A stretch of 64,000 nucleotides of DNA. It comes from Ideonella sp. GTDB taxonomy: Bacteria; Pseudomonadota; Gammaproteobacteria; Burkholderiales; Burkholderiaceae_C. This document shows, in pieces, positions 13,036 to 24,768 of this stretch. Under the pieces are notes generated by a model that saw only the letters and a program-made list of their open reading frames with translations, made no database searches and was not told the DNA's origin. The stretch spans positions 1,601 to 65,600 of the forward strand of contig JABTUC010000010.1 in NCBI GenBank assembly GCA_015075545.1, read 5' to 3'. The translations under genes were made by a program, and so were the position numbers. The stretch's first letter is position 1; each line of letters starts with the position of its first letter.

Positions 13036-14136
13036 ATGGCCGAGGCCACGACCAACCCTCCTCTGCAGGCCCTGCGCGATCGCATCGACTCGATCGATCG
13101 CGAGCTGCTGGGCGCGCTGAACAGGCGCGCGCAGCTGGCCCGGGAGGTGGGCGAGCTGAAGAAGCGCGAGGGCTCGGTGGTGTTTCGGCCCGAGCGCGAG
13201 GCGCAGGTGATCGACGGCTTGAAGGCCGCCAACCCGGGCCCGCTGTCGACGTCGAGCATCGCGCCGATCTGGCGCGAGATCATGTCGGCCTGCCGTGCGC
13301 TGGAGACGCCGACCCGCATCGCCTACCTCGGCCCCGCGGGCACTTTCAGCGAGGAAGCGGCCCTCGGCTACTTCGGCAGCTCGATCGAGCGCGTGCCGTG
13401 CGTCAACTTCGACGAAGTGGTGCGCGCCACCAGCGCCGGCGCGGCCGACTTCGGCGTGGTGCCGGTCGAGAACAACACCGAGGGCGTGGTTGCGCGCGCG
13501 CTCGACCTGTTCCTGACGATGCCGCTGTTCATCATCGGTGAGACCAGCCTGGTGGTGCGCCACAACCTGCTGCGCAATGCGCAGACGACGCACGGCATCG
13601 CCGCGGTGTTGGCCCACCCGCAGGCGCTGGCGCAGTGCCACGGCTGGCTGAGCCTGAACCTGCCCGATGCCGAGCGCCGGCCGGTGGCGAGCAACTCCGA
13701 AGGCGCGCGACTGGCCGCGCACGACCCCGCGCTGGCGGCCATCGCCAGCGTGCGCGCCGCCGACGAGTTCGGCCTGCACGTGTTGGCGCCCGCGATCCAG
13801 GACGAGGTGCACAACCGCACCCGCTTCGCGATCATCACCCACCCCGATCGCCACCCGGCACCGAGGCCATCGGGCCACGATCGCACCAGCCTCGTGGTGT
13901 CGGTGCCCAACCGGCCCGGTGCCGTGCACGACATGCTGGTGCCGCTGAAGAAGCACGGCGTGTCGATGAGCCGCTTCGAGTCGCGCCCGGCGCGCTCGGG
14001 CCAGTGGGAGTACTACTTCTACATCGACGTCGAGGGCCACGCCGAGGACCCGCAGGTCGCCGTGGCGCTGCGCGAACTGCGCGAAACCTGCGCGTTCTTC
14101 AAGCTGCTCGGGGCGTACCCGATCGACGCCCATTGA
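13036..14136 (+). CDS. pheA: bifunctional chorismate mutase / prephenate dehydratase
   Basis: Internal ATG of ORF 12946..14136. CM domain [33 protein letters not shown] domain [15 protein letters not shown]...TRFAII. ACT domain with ESRP. Confidence 0.9.
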   Translation: MAEATTNPPLQALRDRIDSIDRELLGALNRRAQLAREVGELKKREGSVVFRPEREAQVIDGLKAANPGPLSTSSIAPIWREIMSACRALETPTRIAYLGPAGTFSEEAALGYFGSSIERVPCVNFDEVVRATSAGAADFGVVPVENNTEGVVARALDLFLTMPLFIIGETSLVVRHNLLRNAQTTHGIAAVLAHPQALAQCHGWLSLNLPDAERRPVASNSEGARLAAHDPALAAIASVRAADEFGLHVLAPAIQDEVHNRTRFAIITHPDRHPAPRPSGHDRTSLVVSVPNRPGAVHDMLVPLKKHGVSMSRFESRPARSGQWEYYFYIDVEGHAEDPQVAVALRELRETCAFFKLLGAYPIDAH

Positions 14137-14138
14137 GC

Positions 14139-15041
14139 ATGCAGTCCGGTCAGACCATGTTCAACCAACTCGGCCTGATCGGCTGCGGCCTGATGGGCGG
14201 CTCGTTCGCGCTCGCGCTCAAGCGCGCCGGACTGGTCAAGCGCGTGGTCGGCTACAGCAAGTCGCCGTCGACCACCGACCGCGCCAAGCGCATGGGCGTG
14301 ATCGACGTCGCTGCCGAGTCGGCGCTGTTGGCGGTCAGCGGTGCCGACATCGTATTGCTGGCCGTACCGGTGTCGGCCACCGAGGTCACGTTCAAGGCGA
14401 TCCGGCATCTGGTGGAGCCCGGCGTGCTGTTCATGGACGTCGGCTCGACCAAGCGCGACGTGGTCGACGCCGCACGGCGCGTGCTGAAGGAGCGCGTACC
14501 GTCGTTCGTGCCCGCGCACCCCATCACCGGCAAGGAAGTGGCCGGCGTGCACAACGCCGACGCCGCGCTGTACGCCGGGCGCCAGGTGATCCTGACGCCG
14601 CTGCCGCAGACGCTGCCCGAGCTGGTGCAGAAAGCCACCGACGTGTGGGCGGCCATCGGCGCGCAGGTGCTGCGCATGACGCCGGAGAACCACGACGCCG
14701 CCTTCGCCTCGGTGAGCCACCTGCCGCACCTGCTCGCCTTCGCGTACTTCAGCGCGGTGGTCAACCAGCCCGCCGGGCGCGATTTCCTCTCGCTGGCAGG
14801 GCCCGGCTTTCGCGACTTCACCCGCATCGCGGCCAGCGACCCGCCGATCTGGCGCGACATCCTGATGGCCAACCGCGAGGAGATCCTCAAGCAGTCGGCG
14901 CGCTTTCGGCACACGCTCGACGCGATGGAGCACGTGATCAAGAGCGGCAACGCCGACGCGCTGGAAGACCTGATCAAGGTCGCCTCCGAAGCGCGCGCCG
15001 GCTGGCAGCTCGGCAGCCCGCGCGGCGGCCACAAGAGCTGA
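14139..15041 (+). CDS. tyrA: prephenate dehydrogenase
   Basis: Internal ATG of ORF 13635..15041 (alternative ATG at 14157). [21 protein letters not shown]...DVGSTK...HPITG...[10 protein letters not shown]. Confidence 0.85.
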   Translation: MQSGQTMFNQLGLIGCGLMGGSFALALKRAGLVKRVVGYSKSPSTTDRAKRMGVIDVAAESALLAVSGADIVLLAVPVSATEVTFKAIRHLVEPGVLFMDVGSTKRDVVDAARRVLKERVPSFVPAHPITGKEVAGVHNADAALYAGRQVILTPLPQTLPELVQKATDVWAAIGAQVLRMTPENHDAAFASVSHLPHLLAFAYFSAVVNQPAGRDFLSLAGPGFRDFTRIAASDPPIWRDILMANREEILKQSARFRHTLDAMEHVIKSGNADALEDLIKVASEARAGWQLGSPRGGHKS

Positions 15042-15067
15042 GCGGCCGAGCGCCCGCGGCTTCTTGC

Positions 15068-17092
15068 ATGTACGACATCGCACAGCTCGATGTGCCGCCG
15101 CTGCGGCGTGCCGCCGGCACGGTGCGCCTGCCGGGCTCCAAGAGCATCTCCAACCGGGTGCTGCTGCTGGCCGGCCTGGCCGAGGGTCGCACCGAGATCC
15201 ACGATCTGCTCGACTCCGACGACACGCGGGTGATGCTGCAGGCGCTGCGCCAGCTCGGCTGCGGCATCGCCGGCGACGACAGGGTTACCACGGTCACCGG
15301 CATCGGCGGCTCGCTGCGCCAGGTGCGCACGCCGCTGTCGCTCTCGCTGGGCAACGCCGGCACCGCGATGCGCCCGCTGGCCGCCGCGCTGGCGCTGCTG
15401 GTCACGCGCGATGGCGGCGACGTCGAGCTGAGCGGCGTCGCACGCATGCACGAGCGGCCGATCGGCGACCTGGTCGACGCGCTGCGCCGGATCGGAGCGC
15501 TGATCGACTACCTGCACCACGACGGCTACCCGCCGCTGCGGCTGCGCGCCGGGGGCACGCTGAACATCGAGCGGCCGATTCGCGTGCGCGGCGACGTGTC
15601 GAGTCAGTTCCTCAGCGCGCTGCTGCTGGCGCTGCCGCTGGTCAGTGACGGCGGTGGGCAGCCGATCACGATCGAGGTCGACGGCGAGCTGATATCCAAG
15701 CCGTACGTCGAGCTGACGCTCGCCCTGCTGCAACGCTTCGGCATCGAGGTGCAGCACGACGGCCTGCAGCGCTTCGTCATCCCCGCAGGCAGCCGCTACC
15801 GGGCGCCTTCGCGCATCCACGTCGAGGGCGACGCATCGTCGGCGTCGTACTTCATCGCCGCCGGGGCGATCGCGGCGGTCGAGGCACCGCTGCGCATCGA
15901 GGGCGTCGGGCTCGACTCGATCCAGGGCGACATCCGCTTCGTCGATGCCGCCCGTGCGATGGGAGCGCAGGTCGCGGGCGGCGCTTCGTGGCTCGAGGTG
16001 CGGCGCGGCGCCTGGCCGCTGAAAGCAGCGACGCTCGACTGCAACCACATGCCCGATGCCGCGATGACGCTGGCGGCAATGGCGCTGTATGCCGATGGCC
16101 GCACACGGCTCACGCGCATCGGCAGCTGGCGCGTCAAGGAGACCGACCGCATCGCCGCGATGGCCGTCGAACTGCGCAAGCTCGGCGCCACGGTGCTCGA
16201 CGGTGCCGACTCCATCGAGGTCGAGCCGCCCGCGTCGCCGGCGGCCTGGCGGCGCGCCGCGCTGCACACCTACGACGACCACCGCATGGCGATGTGCCTG
16301 TCGTTGGCCGCCTTCAATCCGTTGGCCGGTGCGCGTGTGCCGGTCCGACTGCTCGACCCGCGCTGCGTCGGCAAGACCTTCCCCGAGTACTTCGAAACGC
16401 TGTTCGGCGTCGTGGGCGCCGATGCGGCCGACATTCCGGTGATCACCGTCGATGGCCCCACCGCGTCGGGCAAGGGCACGCTGGCCGCCGCGGTGGCCGC
16501 CCGCCTGGGCTGGCGCCAGCTCGATTCGGGTGTGCTCTACCGTGCGACCGCGCTGGCCGCGATGCGCGCCAACATTGCCGGTGATGACACCGAGGCGCTG
16601 GCGCGCGTGGCCGCCGCGCTCGCGCTGCGTTTCGACGGCGACCAGGTGTGGCTCGACGGCGTCGACGTCGGCGCCGCACTGCGCCACGAGGCGGTGGGGG
16701 CCTTCGCGTCACAGGTGTCGGCGCTGCCCGAGGTGCGCCGCGCGCTGCACGCGCTGCAGTTGTCGTTTCGCCGCGTACCGGGCCTGGTGGCCGACGGGCG
16801 CGACATGGGCACGGTGGTGTTTCCCGACGCCGCGCTCAAGGTGTTCCTCACCGCGAGCGCGGCCATGCGCGCCGAGCGGCGCCATAAGCAATTGATGGCA
16901 AAGGGGATTTCGGCTAGACTCGATGCCCTTCGCGCCGACCTCGAGGCGCGCGACGCGCGCGACATGCATCGCGCCGTTTCGCCCCTGAAGCCGGCGCGGG
17001 ATGCGCTCTTACTCGACAACTCGTCGCTCACGATCGAGCAATCGGCCGATCGGGTGCTGGGTTGGTGGGGCGAGCGCAACACCTTCGATTGA
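15068..17092 (+). CDS. aroA: fused 3-phosphoshikimate 1-carboxyvinyltransferase (EPSP synthase) / cytidylate kinase
   Basis: Single 674-aa frame. AroA part [20 protein letters not shown]...[12 protein letters not shown]...[10 protein letters not shown] runs without a stop into Cmk part [27 protein letters not shown]...[13 protein letters not shown]. Confidence 0.9.
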   Translation: MYDIAQLDVPPLRRAAGTVRLPGSKSISNRVLLLAGLAEGRTEIHDLLDSDDTRVMLQALRQLGCGIAGDDRVTTVTGIGGSLRQVRTPLSLSLGNAGTAMRPLAAALALLVTRDGGDVELSGVARMHERPIGDLVDALRRIGALIDYLHHDGYPPLRLRAGGTLNIERPIRVRGDVSSQFLSALLLALPLVSDGGGQPITIEVDGELISKPYVELTLALLQRFGIEVQHDGLQRFVIPAGSRYRAPSRIHVEGDASSASYFIAAGAIAAVEAPLRIEGVGLDSIQGDIRFVDAARAMGAQVAGGASWLEVRRGAWPLKAATLDCNHMPDAAMTLAAMALYADGRTRLTRIGSWRVKETDRIAAMAVELRKLGATVLDGADSIEVEPPASPAAWRRAALHTYDDHRMAMCLSLAAFNPLAGARVPVRLLDPRCVGKTFPEYFETLFGVVGADAADIPVITVDGPTASGKGTLAAAVAARLGWRQLDSGVLYRATALAAMRANIAGDDTEALARVAAALALRFDGDQVWLDGVDVGAALRHEAVGAFASQVSALPEVRRALHALQLSFRRVPGLVADGRDMGTVVFPDAALKVFLTASAAMRAERRHKQLMAKGISARLDALRADLEARDARDMHRAVSPLKPARDALLLDNSSLTIEQSADRVLGWWGERNTFD

Positions 17093-17268
17093 TGCGCCGT
17101 CGGGTTGAACCCCGATCGGGCGCCGCGATCTGAGGTGCAGGTCCGCGAGGGGATGACCGTTGCGCCATGCGACGGCAGTGCCCGAGCGGTTGTCGAACCC
17201 ATAACCCGCAACCTCAGGTTGCACGGCCGGACCACACCATCGTCCCTGCCCGGCCTCGAGGAAGCCCC

Positions 17269-18990
<1,722 letters not shown>

Positions 18991-19070
18991 TGCGCTGAGG
19001 CAGCGGCCGGCCCTGGCGCCGGCCGCCATTCGCAAGCCGGCCGAGCGCCGGCACGCCCTGCGGTGATGCC

Positions 19071-19400
19071 ATGACCCGATCGGACCTGGTCGCCCAACTC
19101 GCCGAACGCTTTGCCCAGTTGACCCAGCGCGACACCGAGTTCGCCGTCAAGACGATCCTCGACGCGATGTCCGACGCGCTGTCGCGCGGCCACCGCATCG
19201 AGATCCGCGGCTTCGGCAGCTTCTCGATCAACCGCCGCCCGCCGCGCGTGGGGCGCAATCCGCGCAGCGGCGAGCAGGTGACCGTCCCCGAGAAGCTGGT
19301 GCCGCACTTCAAGCCGGGCAAGGCGTTGCGCGAGGCCGTCGACCATCGGCTTCCCGTGGTCGGCGAAGACGCCACCGATCCGGCGCCACTCGAAACCTGA
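19071..19400 (+). CDS. ihfB: integration host factor subunit beta
   Basis: 109 aa. [14 protein letters not shown]...[46 protein letters not shown]. Confidence 0.95.
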   Translation: MTRSDLVAQLAERFAQLTQRDTEFAVKTILDAMSDALSRGHRIEIRGFGSFSINRRPPRVGRNPRSGEQVTVPEKLVPHFKPGKALREAVDHRLPVVGEDATDPAPLET

Positions 19401-19453
19401 GGCTCGTGGTGCGCGTCGGAGGTCACGGCGCCGTGGCGCGCACGAGGCCTTCG

Positions 19454-19459
19454 TAGAAT
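19454..19459 (+). promoter_or_regulatory. candidate -10 element (TAGAAT) 9 nt upstream of the lapA ATG
   Basis: cgTAGAATgcgcgcgcgATG. There is no Shine-Dalgarno sequence between the hexamer and the start codon. Confidence 0.35.
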
Positions 19460-19468
19460 GCGCGCGCG

Positions 19469-19789
19469 ATGCGCATCCTGACCTGGCTGATCCGCGCGTT
19501 CATCTTCTTCACGCTGTTCGCGTTCGCCCTGAACAATCAGCACGAGGTCACCGTGCACTGGTTCTTCGGTGCGCAGTGGCGCGCGCCGCTGGTGATCGTG
19601 GTGCTGGTCGCGTTCGGCGCCGGTATCGCACTGGGCGTGCTGGCGATGGTGCCGCGCTGGTGGCGCCACCGTCGCCTGGCACAGCGCCAGGCGCGCACGC
19701 CACCGGCACCGACGCCGACCCCGGCCGAGCCATCCAGCACGGTACCGTCGGATCTGGCGTACGTGCAGCCGCCGCGCGAAGGCCTGTAG
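19469..19789 (+). CDS. lapA: lipopolysaccharide assembly protein LapA (DUF1049 membrane protein)
   Basis: 106 aa with two TM helices (ILTWLIRAFIFFTLFAFAL; LVIVVLVAFGAGIALGVLAMV). It lies immediately upstream of lapB, the canonical arrangement after ihfB. Confidence 0.75.
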   Translation: MRILTWLIRAFIFFTLFAFALNNQHEVTVHWFFGAQWRAPLVIVVLVAFGAGIALGVLAMVPRWWRHRRLAQRQARTPPAPTPTPAEPSSTVPSDLAYVQPPREGL

Positions 19790-19802
19790 CGCCGGCCGCA
19801 CG

Positions 19803-20969
19803 ATGGAATTCGACCTCGGCTGGCTGCTGATCGGAGTGCCGATCGCGTTCGCCCTCGGCTGGATCGCGTCGCGCCTGGACATCGGCCAATGGAGACGCGC
19901 GCAGCGCGAGGCGCCGAAGGCCTACTTTCACGGCCTGAACCTGCTGCTCAACGAGCAGCACGACAAGGCGATCGATGCCTTCATCGAGGCGGTGCAGCGC
20001 GACCCCGACACCACCGAACTGCATTTCGCCCTCGGCAACCTGTTCCGACGGCGCGGCGAGTTCGAACGCGCGGTGCGCGTGCACCAGCATCTGCTGCAGC
20101 GGGCCGACCTCGGCGCCGCCGACCGCGCGCGCGCGCAGCACGCGCTGGCACAGGATTTCGTGAAGGCTGGCCTGCTCGACCGCGCCGAGGAGGCGTATCG
20201 CGCGCTCGAGGGCACCGGCTACGACATCGAGGCCCGCCTGGCGCGCCTGTCGCTGGCCGAGCGCGCGCGCGACTGGCACGCCGCCGCGCAGATGGCGCAG
20301 CAGCTCGAGGCCAGCGGCACCGGCTCGTACGCAGGCCGCATGGCGCACCACTGGTGCGAGTTGTCGCTGCAGGCAGCAGCGGCCGGCGACGCCGTGGCGG
20401 CGGCCGCTGCGCTGCAGCGGGCGCGCGAGGCCGCGCCGCACGCCGCCCGGCCGCTGATCATCGCGGCACAGCGCGCGGCGCAGGCCGGCGATATCGCGCA
20501 GGCGTTCGGCCTCTACGGCGAGTTGCTGCAGCATGCGCCGGCGCTGTTTCCACTGGTGGCGACCGACTACGCAACGGCGGCGATCCAATCGGGCCAGGCC
20601 GACACGGCGCGCGCCACCGTGATGCGGCGCATGAAGGAACAGCCGAGCGTCGACTGGCTGCAGCCGATGCGCCTGCTCGACGGCGCCGCAACGGCTGGCG
20701 CCGGTGTGCCCGACGCTGGCGAGCGCGCGCAGGCGCTGTTGCATGCGCAGCCGACGCTGTCGGCCGCATTGGCGGTGCTCGATGCACCGCTGCAAGCACA
20801 CGACGAGGTGGCGCTGCGCGACGTGCGCGATGCAGTGGCCCGCGCCGCACGAGTGCAGCAGCGCTATCGCTGCGCCGCCTGCGGCTTCGAGGCGCCGCAG
20901 CACTTCTGGCAGTGCCCCGGCTGCCTGAACTGGGACACCTTCCCCGCGCAGCGGATCGAAGAGCTCTGA
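19803..20969 (+). CDS. lapB: lipopolysaccharide assembly protein LapB (YciM; TPR + rubredoxin-like zinc finger)
   Basis: 388 aa. N-terminal TM helix, TPR repeats, and C-terminal YRCAACGFEAPQHFWQCPGCLNWDTF. Confidence 0.9.
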   Translation: MEFDLGWLLIGVPIAFALGWIASRLDIGQWRRAQREAPKAYFHGLNLLLNEQHDKAIDAFIEAVQRDPDTTELHFALGNLFRRRGEFERAVRVHQHLLQRADLGAADRARAQHALAQDFVKAGLLDRAEEAYRALEGTGYDIEARLARLSLAERARDWHAAAQMAQQLEASGTGSYAGRMAHHWCELSLQAAAAGDAVAAAAALQRAREAAPHAARPLIIAAQRAAQAGDIAQAFGLYGELLQHAPALFPLVATDYATAAIQSGQADTARATVMRRMKEQPSVDWLQPMRLLDGAATAGAGVPDAGERAQALLHAQPTLSAALAVLDAPLQAHDEVALRDVRDAVARAARVQQRYRCAACGFEAPQHFWQCPGCLNWDTFPAQRIEEL

Positions 20970-21947
20970 CTACCCTGCATGCGGGCTCGATGCCTGCGGC
21001 ACACGCTGCCGCTCGAGCAGCGCCAGCACGTCCTGCAGCGACGGCACCTGGCCCTTGCCGCCGATGCTGGCCACGCCGCCCGGGCCGATGATGCCGGCCA
21101 GCCCCGGCTCGTGGTCGCAGTAGATGCCGATGGTCGGCTTGCCGAGCGCGGCCGCGAGGTGCGAGAAGCCGGTGTCCAGCCCGATCGCGCGCTGCGTCTG
21201 TGCCAGCAGCGCGGCCATGTCGTGCACGTTGAGGAAGGGCGGCACCTCGCCTTCGCAGCCGGCGGCGATGCGCTCGGCGCGCACCTGTTCCTCCTCGGTG
21301 CCCCAGATCACCACCGGCGACAGGCCCATCGATTTCAGGCGCTTACCCACGGCGATCCAGCGCGCCTCGGGCCAGATCTTCTCGGGCCGACTGGCGCACG
21401 GAATCAACGCGGCGCTCGGGCCGCCGCGCAGCTTCCAGTTGCCCTTGCCCGGCACGATGCCGAACACCGGCTCGCTCGAGGGCATCGGGTAGCCGAGGTG
21501 AGTCGACGCCAGCCGGCGGCAGCGCTCGACGGCGTGCAGCCGTCGCGACACACTGGCACGGCGCGCATACAACAGCGCCGCCAGTGGCTCGCGGGCGCTG
21601 CCCATGTCGTAGCCCGCCAGCGGCCCGATCGCCTGGTGGCCCCACAGGGCGCTTTTGAGCAGGCCCTGCAAATCGAGCACGCAGTCGTAGGGCTGTGCGC
21701 GCAGCTGCGCGCGCAGCTCGCCCATCGCGCGCCAGGTGCCGCGCTCCAGCAGCTTCTGGCGCCAGCGCCGCCAGGCGAGCGCATGCACGCGGTCGACGCC
21801 CGGATGCATGCGGGCGATGGCCGCGAATGCGGTCTCGGCGAGCCACTCGATCTGCACACCCGGGTTCGCCTGGCGAATATCGTGCACCACCGGCAACGCA
21901 TGCACGAGATCACCCATCGACGACGTCTTGACGATCAGGATGCGCAT
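20970..21947 (-). CDS. waaC: lipopolysaccharide heptosyltransferase I (GT9)
   Basis: Internal ATG of ORF 20970..22130. MRILIVKTSSMGDLVHALPVVHDIRQANPGVQIEWLAE...GLDTGFSHLAAALGKPTIGIY. Confidence 0.8.
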   Translation of the reverse strand: MRILIVKTSSMGDLVHALPVVHDIRQANPGVQIEWLAETAFAAIARMHPGVDRVHALAWRRWRQKLLERGTWRAMGELRAQLRAQPYDCVLDLQGLLKSALWGHQAIGPLAGYDMGSAREPLAALLYARRASVSRRLHAVERCRRLASTHLGYPMPSSEPVFGIVPGKGNWKLRGGPSAALIPCASRPEKIWPEARWIAVGKRLKSMGLSPVVIWGTEEEQVRAERIAAGCEGEVPPFLNVHDMAALLAQTQRAIGLDTGFSHLAAALGKPTIGIYCDHEPGLAGIIGPGGVASIGGKGQVPSLQDVLALLERQRVPQASSPHAG

Positions 21948-22002
21948 CTCGGGCCTCGCCGCGGCGCCCCGGCTGCCGACCAGCGCGCAGCGATCGAGCA
22001 AC

Positions 22003-22659
22003 TCATTCGTGGCGCGCTTGCCGTTGCTCGGAAACCAGCGCCGGATTGAACCGCGGGTCGTTGTACATCTTGAACTGGCGGTAGACTTTGAAGTGCGCGC
22101 GGCCCTCGCGACAGTCGGCCAGCAGCGCATCGAGGCAGGCGGTCAGATCGGCCCGCTGCTCGAGCAAGCGCTGCAGCCGTGCCGCGCTGCGCTCGCGGTG
22201 CGCATCGTCGACATCGCGGCGCTGCGTCTGAGCGCGCATGGCATCGATCTTCAACGCCAGGATCGACAACCGATCGATCATGCTGCCGGCGGTCTCGCTG
22301 TTGAGCCGCGAGGCCGCGTGCACGGTGGAGCGCGGTGTATCGGAGCGCGCCGACGCCGGGTCGACGAGACCGAGCGCGAGCAGCAGCAATTCGTCGACGC
22401 GCTCGGTGGCATCGTTGCGTGCCTGGTTGTAGCCGTCGATCGCCCGCTTGTTGGCCGCGATCTCGGCATCGCTCACCTGCGTGCGCCGCGCCAGATCCTC
22501 CTCGGCCCACAACAAGCTGTTGCAACGATGGTTGGTTTGCACCCAGCGCCACAAGGCGCCGTCGCGCGGTGTCGGCTCGCTGGCCGGCCAGCCGGGCGCG
22601 GCGAGCAGCGCGTCGTGCAGCGCGATCACGTCGCGAGCATGCAGCGGCAAGGTGTCCAT
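22003..22659 (-). CDS. DUF4254-like protein of unknown function (LPS-core-locus associated)
   Basis: Internal ATG of ORF 22003..22743. WVQTNHRCNSLLWAEEDLARR...NKRAIDGYNQARNDATERVDELL...SMIDRLSILALK. The family assignment is from memory of this motif pattern. Confidence 0.55.
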   Translation of the reverse strand: MDTLPLHARDVIALHDALLAAPGWPASEPTPRDGALWRWVQTNHRCNSLLWAEEDLARRTQVSDAEIAANKRAIDGYNQARNDATERVDELLLLALGLVDPASARSDTPRSTVHAASRLNSETAGSMIDRLSILALKIDAMRAQTQRRDVDDAHRERSAARLQRLLEQRADLTACLDALLADCREGRAHFKVYRQFKMYNDPRFNPALVSEQRQARHE

Positions 22660-22708
22660 GGTCGGATGGCAGAATGCACGGCGCCGATTATCAGCGCACC
22701 GCCATCGG

Positions 22709-23692
22709 ATGCCCGTTCGCCCGCTCATCGTTCGCCTGCGCAACTGGATCGGCGACGTGATTCTGGGCGTGCCGGCGCTGCAGCTGCTGGCGGACCATGG
22801 CTATGAGCTGAATCTGTTTGGAAAACCGTGGGCACCCCAGCTGCTTGCCGGCTACGACTGGCCGGTCGTGGTGCGTGCGGCGCGACTGGGCACTCGACTG
22901 ACTCAGTTGCGCGCGATGCGTGCGGCCGCCTGCGCCACCGATCCGCAGTTCGACCGGCGCGAGAACGCGTTGACGCTGGCGCACTCGTTCTCCGCAGCAG
23001 CGGAGCTGCGCCTGGCCGGCCTGCGCGCCGTGGGCTACTCGCGAGAGGGGCGCGGCTTCCTGCTGCGTCGCAGCGAGCCGATCTCGCTGGGCGGCCACGC
23101 ACTGGTGAGTTACTGGGAACTGGCTTGCCGGTTCTTGCGCATCGAACAGCCTCCCCCGACCGCCATCGACCTGCCGACGCGTACGTCGGATCAACAGCGC
23201 GCCGATGCCCTGATCGCCGGGCACGGGCTGGCGAGCGGCGGCTTCGTCGTCGTCTGCCCGTTCGCCGGCGGCCTGTTCGAGAAGGCCGAGAAGCGCTGGC
23301 CCGCGTTTCCCGAGTTCACGCGCCGCCTGCTGCAGCGTGGGCATGCGGTGGTCATCTGCCCCGGCCCCGGCGACGAGGGCGTCGTGCAGACCGACTACCC
23401 GGGCGTGGCGGCCATCGGCGGCATCGACCTCGGCGTCTACGGCGCCATCCTGCGTCGCTGCGCGTTGATGGTGTCCAACGACACCGGTCCGGCCCACCTG
23501 GCCGCTGCGGTCGGCGCCCGGGTGCTCGGCGTGCTCGGCCCCACCAAGCCCGAGCAATGGGCACCCTGGGGCCCGAGCGTCACGCTCGTGCAGCGCCCGC
23601 AGCCGCCCGCCGGCGTCGCGTGGCCCGATGTGGACGACGTGCTGCAGCGCACGCTGGATGCTGTCCGCTCGAAGTCGGAAGCAGATCGTTGA
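22709..23692 (+). CDS. glycosyltransferase family 9 (heptosyltransferase-like)
   Basis: Internal ATG of ORF 22448..23692. RPLIVRLRNWIGDVILGVPALQLL...MVSNDTGPAHLAAAVGARVLGVLGPT. Divergent from waaC and the DUF4254-like gene. Confidence 0.75.
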   Translation: MPVRPLIVRLRNWIGDVILGVPALQLLADHGYELNLFGKPWAPQLLAGYDWPVVVRAARLGTRLTQLRAMRAAACATDPQFDRRENALTLAHSFSAAAELRLAGLRAVGYSREGRGFLLRRSEPISLGGHALVSYWELACRFLRIEQPPPTAIDLPTRTSDQQRADALIAGHGLASGGFVVVCPFAGGLFEKAEKRWPAFPEFTRRLLQRGHAVVICPGPGDEGVVQTDYPGVAAIGGIDLGVYGAILRRCALMVSNDTGPAHLAAAVGARVLGVLGPTKPEQWAPWGPSVTLVQRPQPPAGVAWPDVDDVLQRTLDAVRSKSEADR

Positions 23693-24768
23693 GCGACTCG
23701 CTGCGCCACATCGGCATCAGCTTCGGCCGCGTCGAGCACTGGTACGACGGCCTGGGCGAGTACTCGCAGCGGCTCGGTCAGGAGTTGGTCGCGCGCGCGG
23801 CCGCGCTGCGCGCCGAGCACGGCATCGTGCTGCACCTGCACCTGCCGCGGCGTTGGCACGGGCGCTTCGGCCCTGATGTGGGCTACCTGGGCAACCACAC
23901 CTTGCAGCGCCTCGTGCACTGGCGCGCCACGCGGTTCGCGTTGTGGCACGTGCTGCATCAGCACATCCGGCTGCGGCCGCCGCTGGGCACGCGCGCGTGC
24001 ATCGAGACCGTACACGACCTGAACTTCCTGCACACCAAGCACGGTGCCAAGCTCGAGCGCTATCGGGCACGCTACCGTCGGCGACTCGCGCAGCGGCAGT
24101 GCCTGGTGGCGATCAGCGAGCATGTGGCGGCCGACATCCGCCGCGAGATGGCACCGTGCGTGGTGCCGCTGAAGGTGATCCACAACGGCGTCGCCGATCT
24201 CTCGCAGGCACCGCGCGAGCCGGTCGCCGAACTCGCCGGCGGCCCACCGTTTCTGTTGCACGTGAGCCGCATGGCGCCGAGCAAGAACATCGTCGCGCTG
24301 GTCGCTCTCGCGGCGGCGTGGCCCGAGCAGCGTTTCGTCTTCGCCGGCGCCGATGGCCCCTATGTCGCCGAGGTGCGCCGCATGCTCGCCGAGCGTCTGG
24401 TCTCCAACGTGCGGATCGCGCTCGACGTGAGCGAGGCGCAGAAGGCCTGGCTCTACGCATCGTGCCGGGGCTTGCTGTTCCCGTCGCTGGCCGAGGGCTT
24501 CGGCCTGCCACCGGTGGAGGCGATGTGCTTCGGCAAGGCAGTATTCCTGTCGCGGCTGACCTCGCTGCCCGAGGTCGGCGGCGACGCCGCCTACTACTTC
24601 GACGCCTTCGACGGCGCGGCGATGCGCGCGACGGTCGAGGCCGGGCTGGCGCGCCACACGGTGCAGCGCGCGGCGCAGGCAGTCGCGCAGGCGCATCGCT
24701 TCGGTTGGTCGCGTTGCGCTGACGCGTACGTGCAGCTCTATCTGCGGCTGCTGCCGCCGCCATCATGA
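23689..24768 (+). CDS. glycosyltransferase family 4 (GT-B, Glycos_transf_1)
   Basis: Part of ORF 22828..24768. There is no ATG before the catalytic domain; TTG at 23689 overlaps the GT9 stop (TTGA). C-terminal motif LLFPSLAEGFGLPPVEAMCFGKAV. The start is uncertain. Confidence 0.7.
   Translation: MSDSLRHIGISFGRVEHWYDGLGEYSQRLGQELVARAAALRAEHGIVLHLHLPRRWHGRFGPDVGYLGNHTLQRLVHWRATRFALWHVLHQHIRLRPPLGTRACIETVHDLNFLHTKHGAKLERYRARYRRRLAQRQCLVAISEHVAADIRREMAPCVVPLKVIHNGVADLSQAPREPVAELAGGPPFLLHVSRMAPSKNIVALVALAAAWPEQRFVFAGADGPYVAEVRRMLAERLVSNVRIALDVSEAQKAWLYASCRGLLFPSLAEGFGLPPVEAMCFGKAVFLSRLTSLPEVGGDAAYYFDAFDGAAMRATVEAGLARHTVQRAAQAVAQAHRFGWSRCADAYVQLYLRLLPPPS

Noticed and set aside
12984-15067. Absence of serC between gyrA and pheA, and of hisC between pheA and tyrA, compared with the arrangement I recall for many Burkholderiales.
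   Set aside because: This is a synteny memory, not something verifiable from this window. The spacers are short and clean, with no sign of deletion scars or pseudogene remnants.
18991-19070. Hairpin gcggccggc-cctggc-gccggccgc after rpsA as an intrinsic terminator.
   Set aside because: No T-run follows it, and ihfB starts 80 nt downstream on the same strand. Read-through or attenuation cannot be distinguished from sequence alone.
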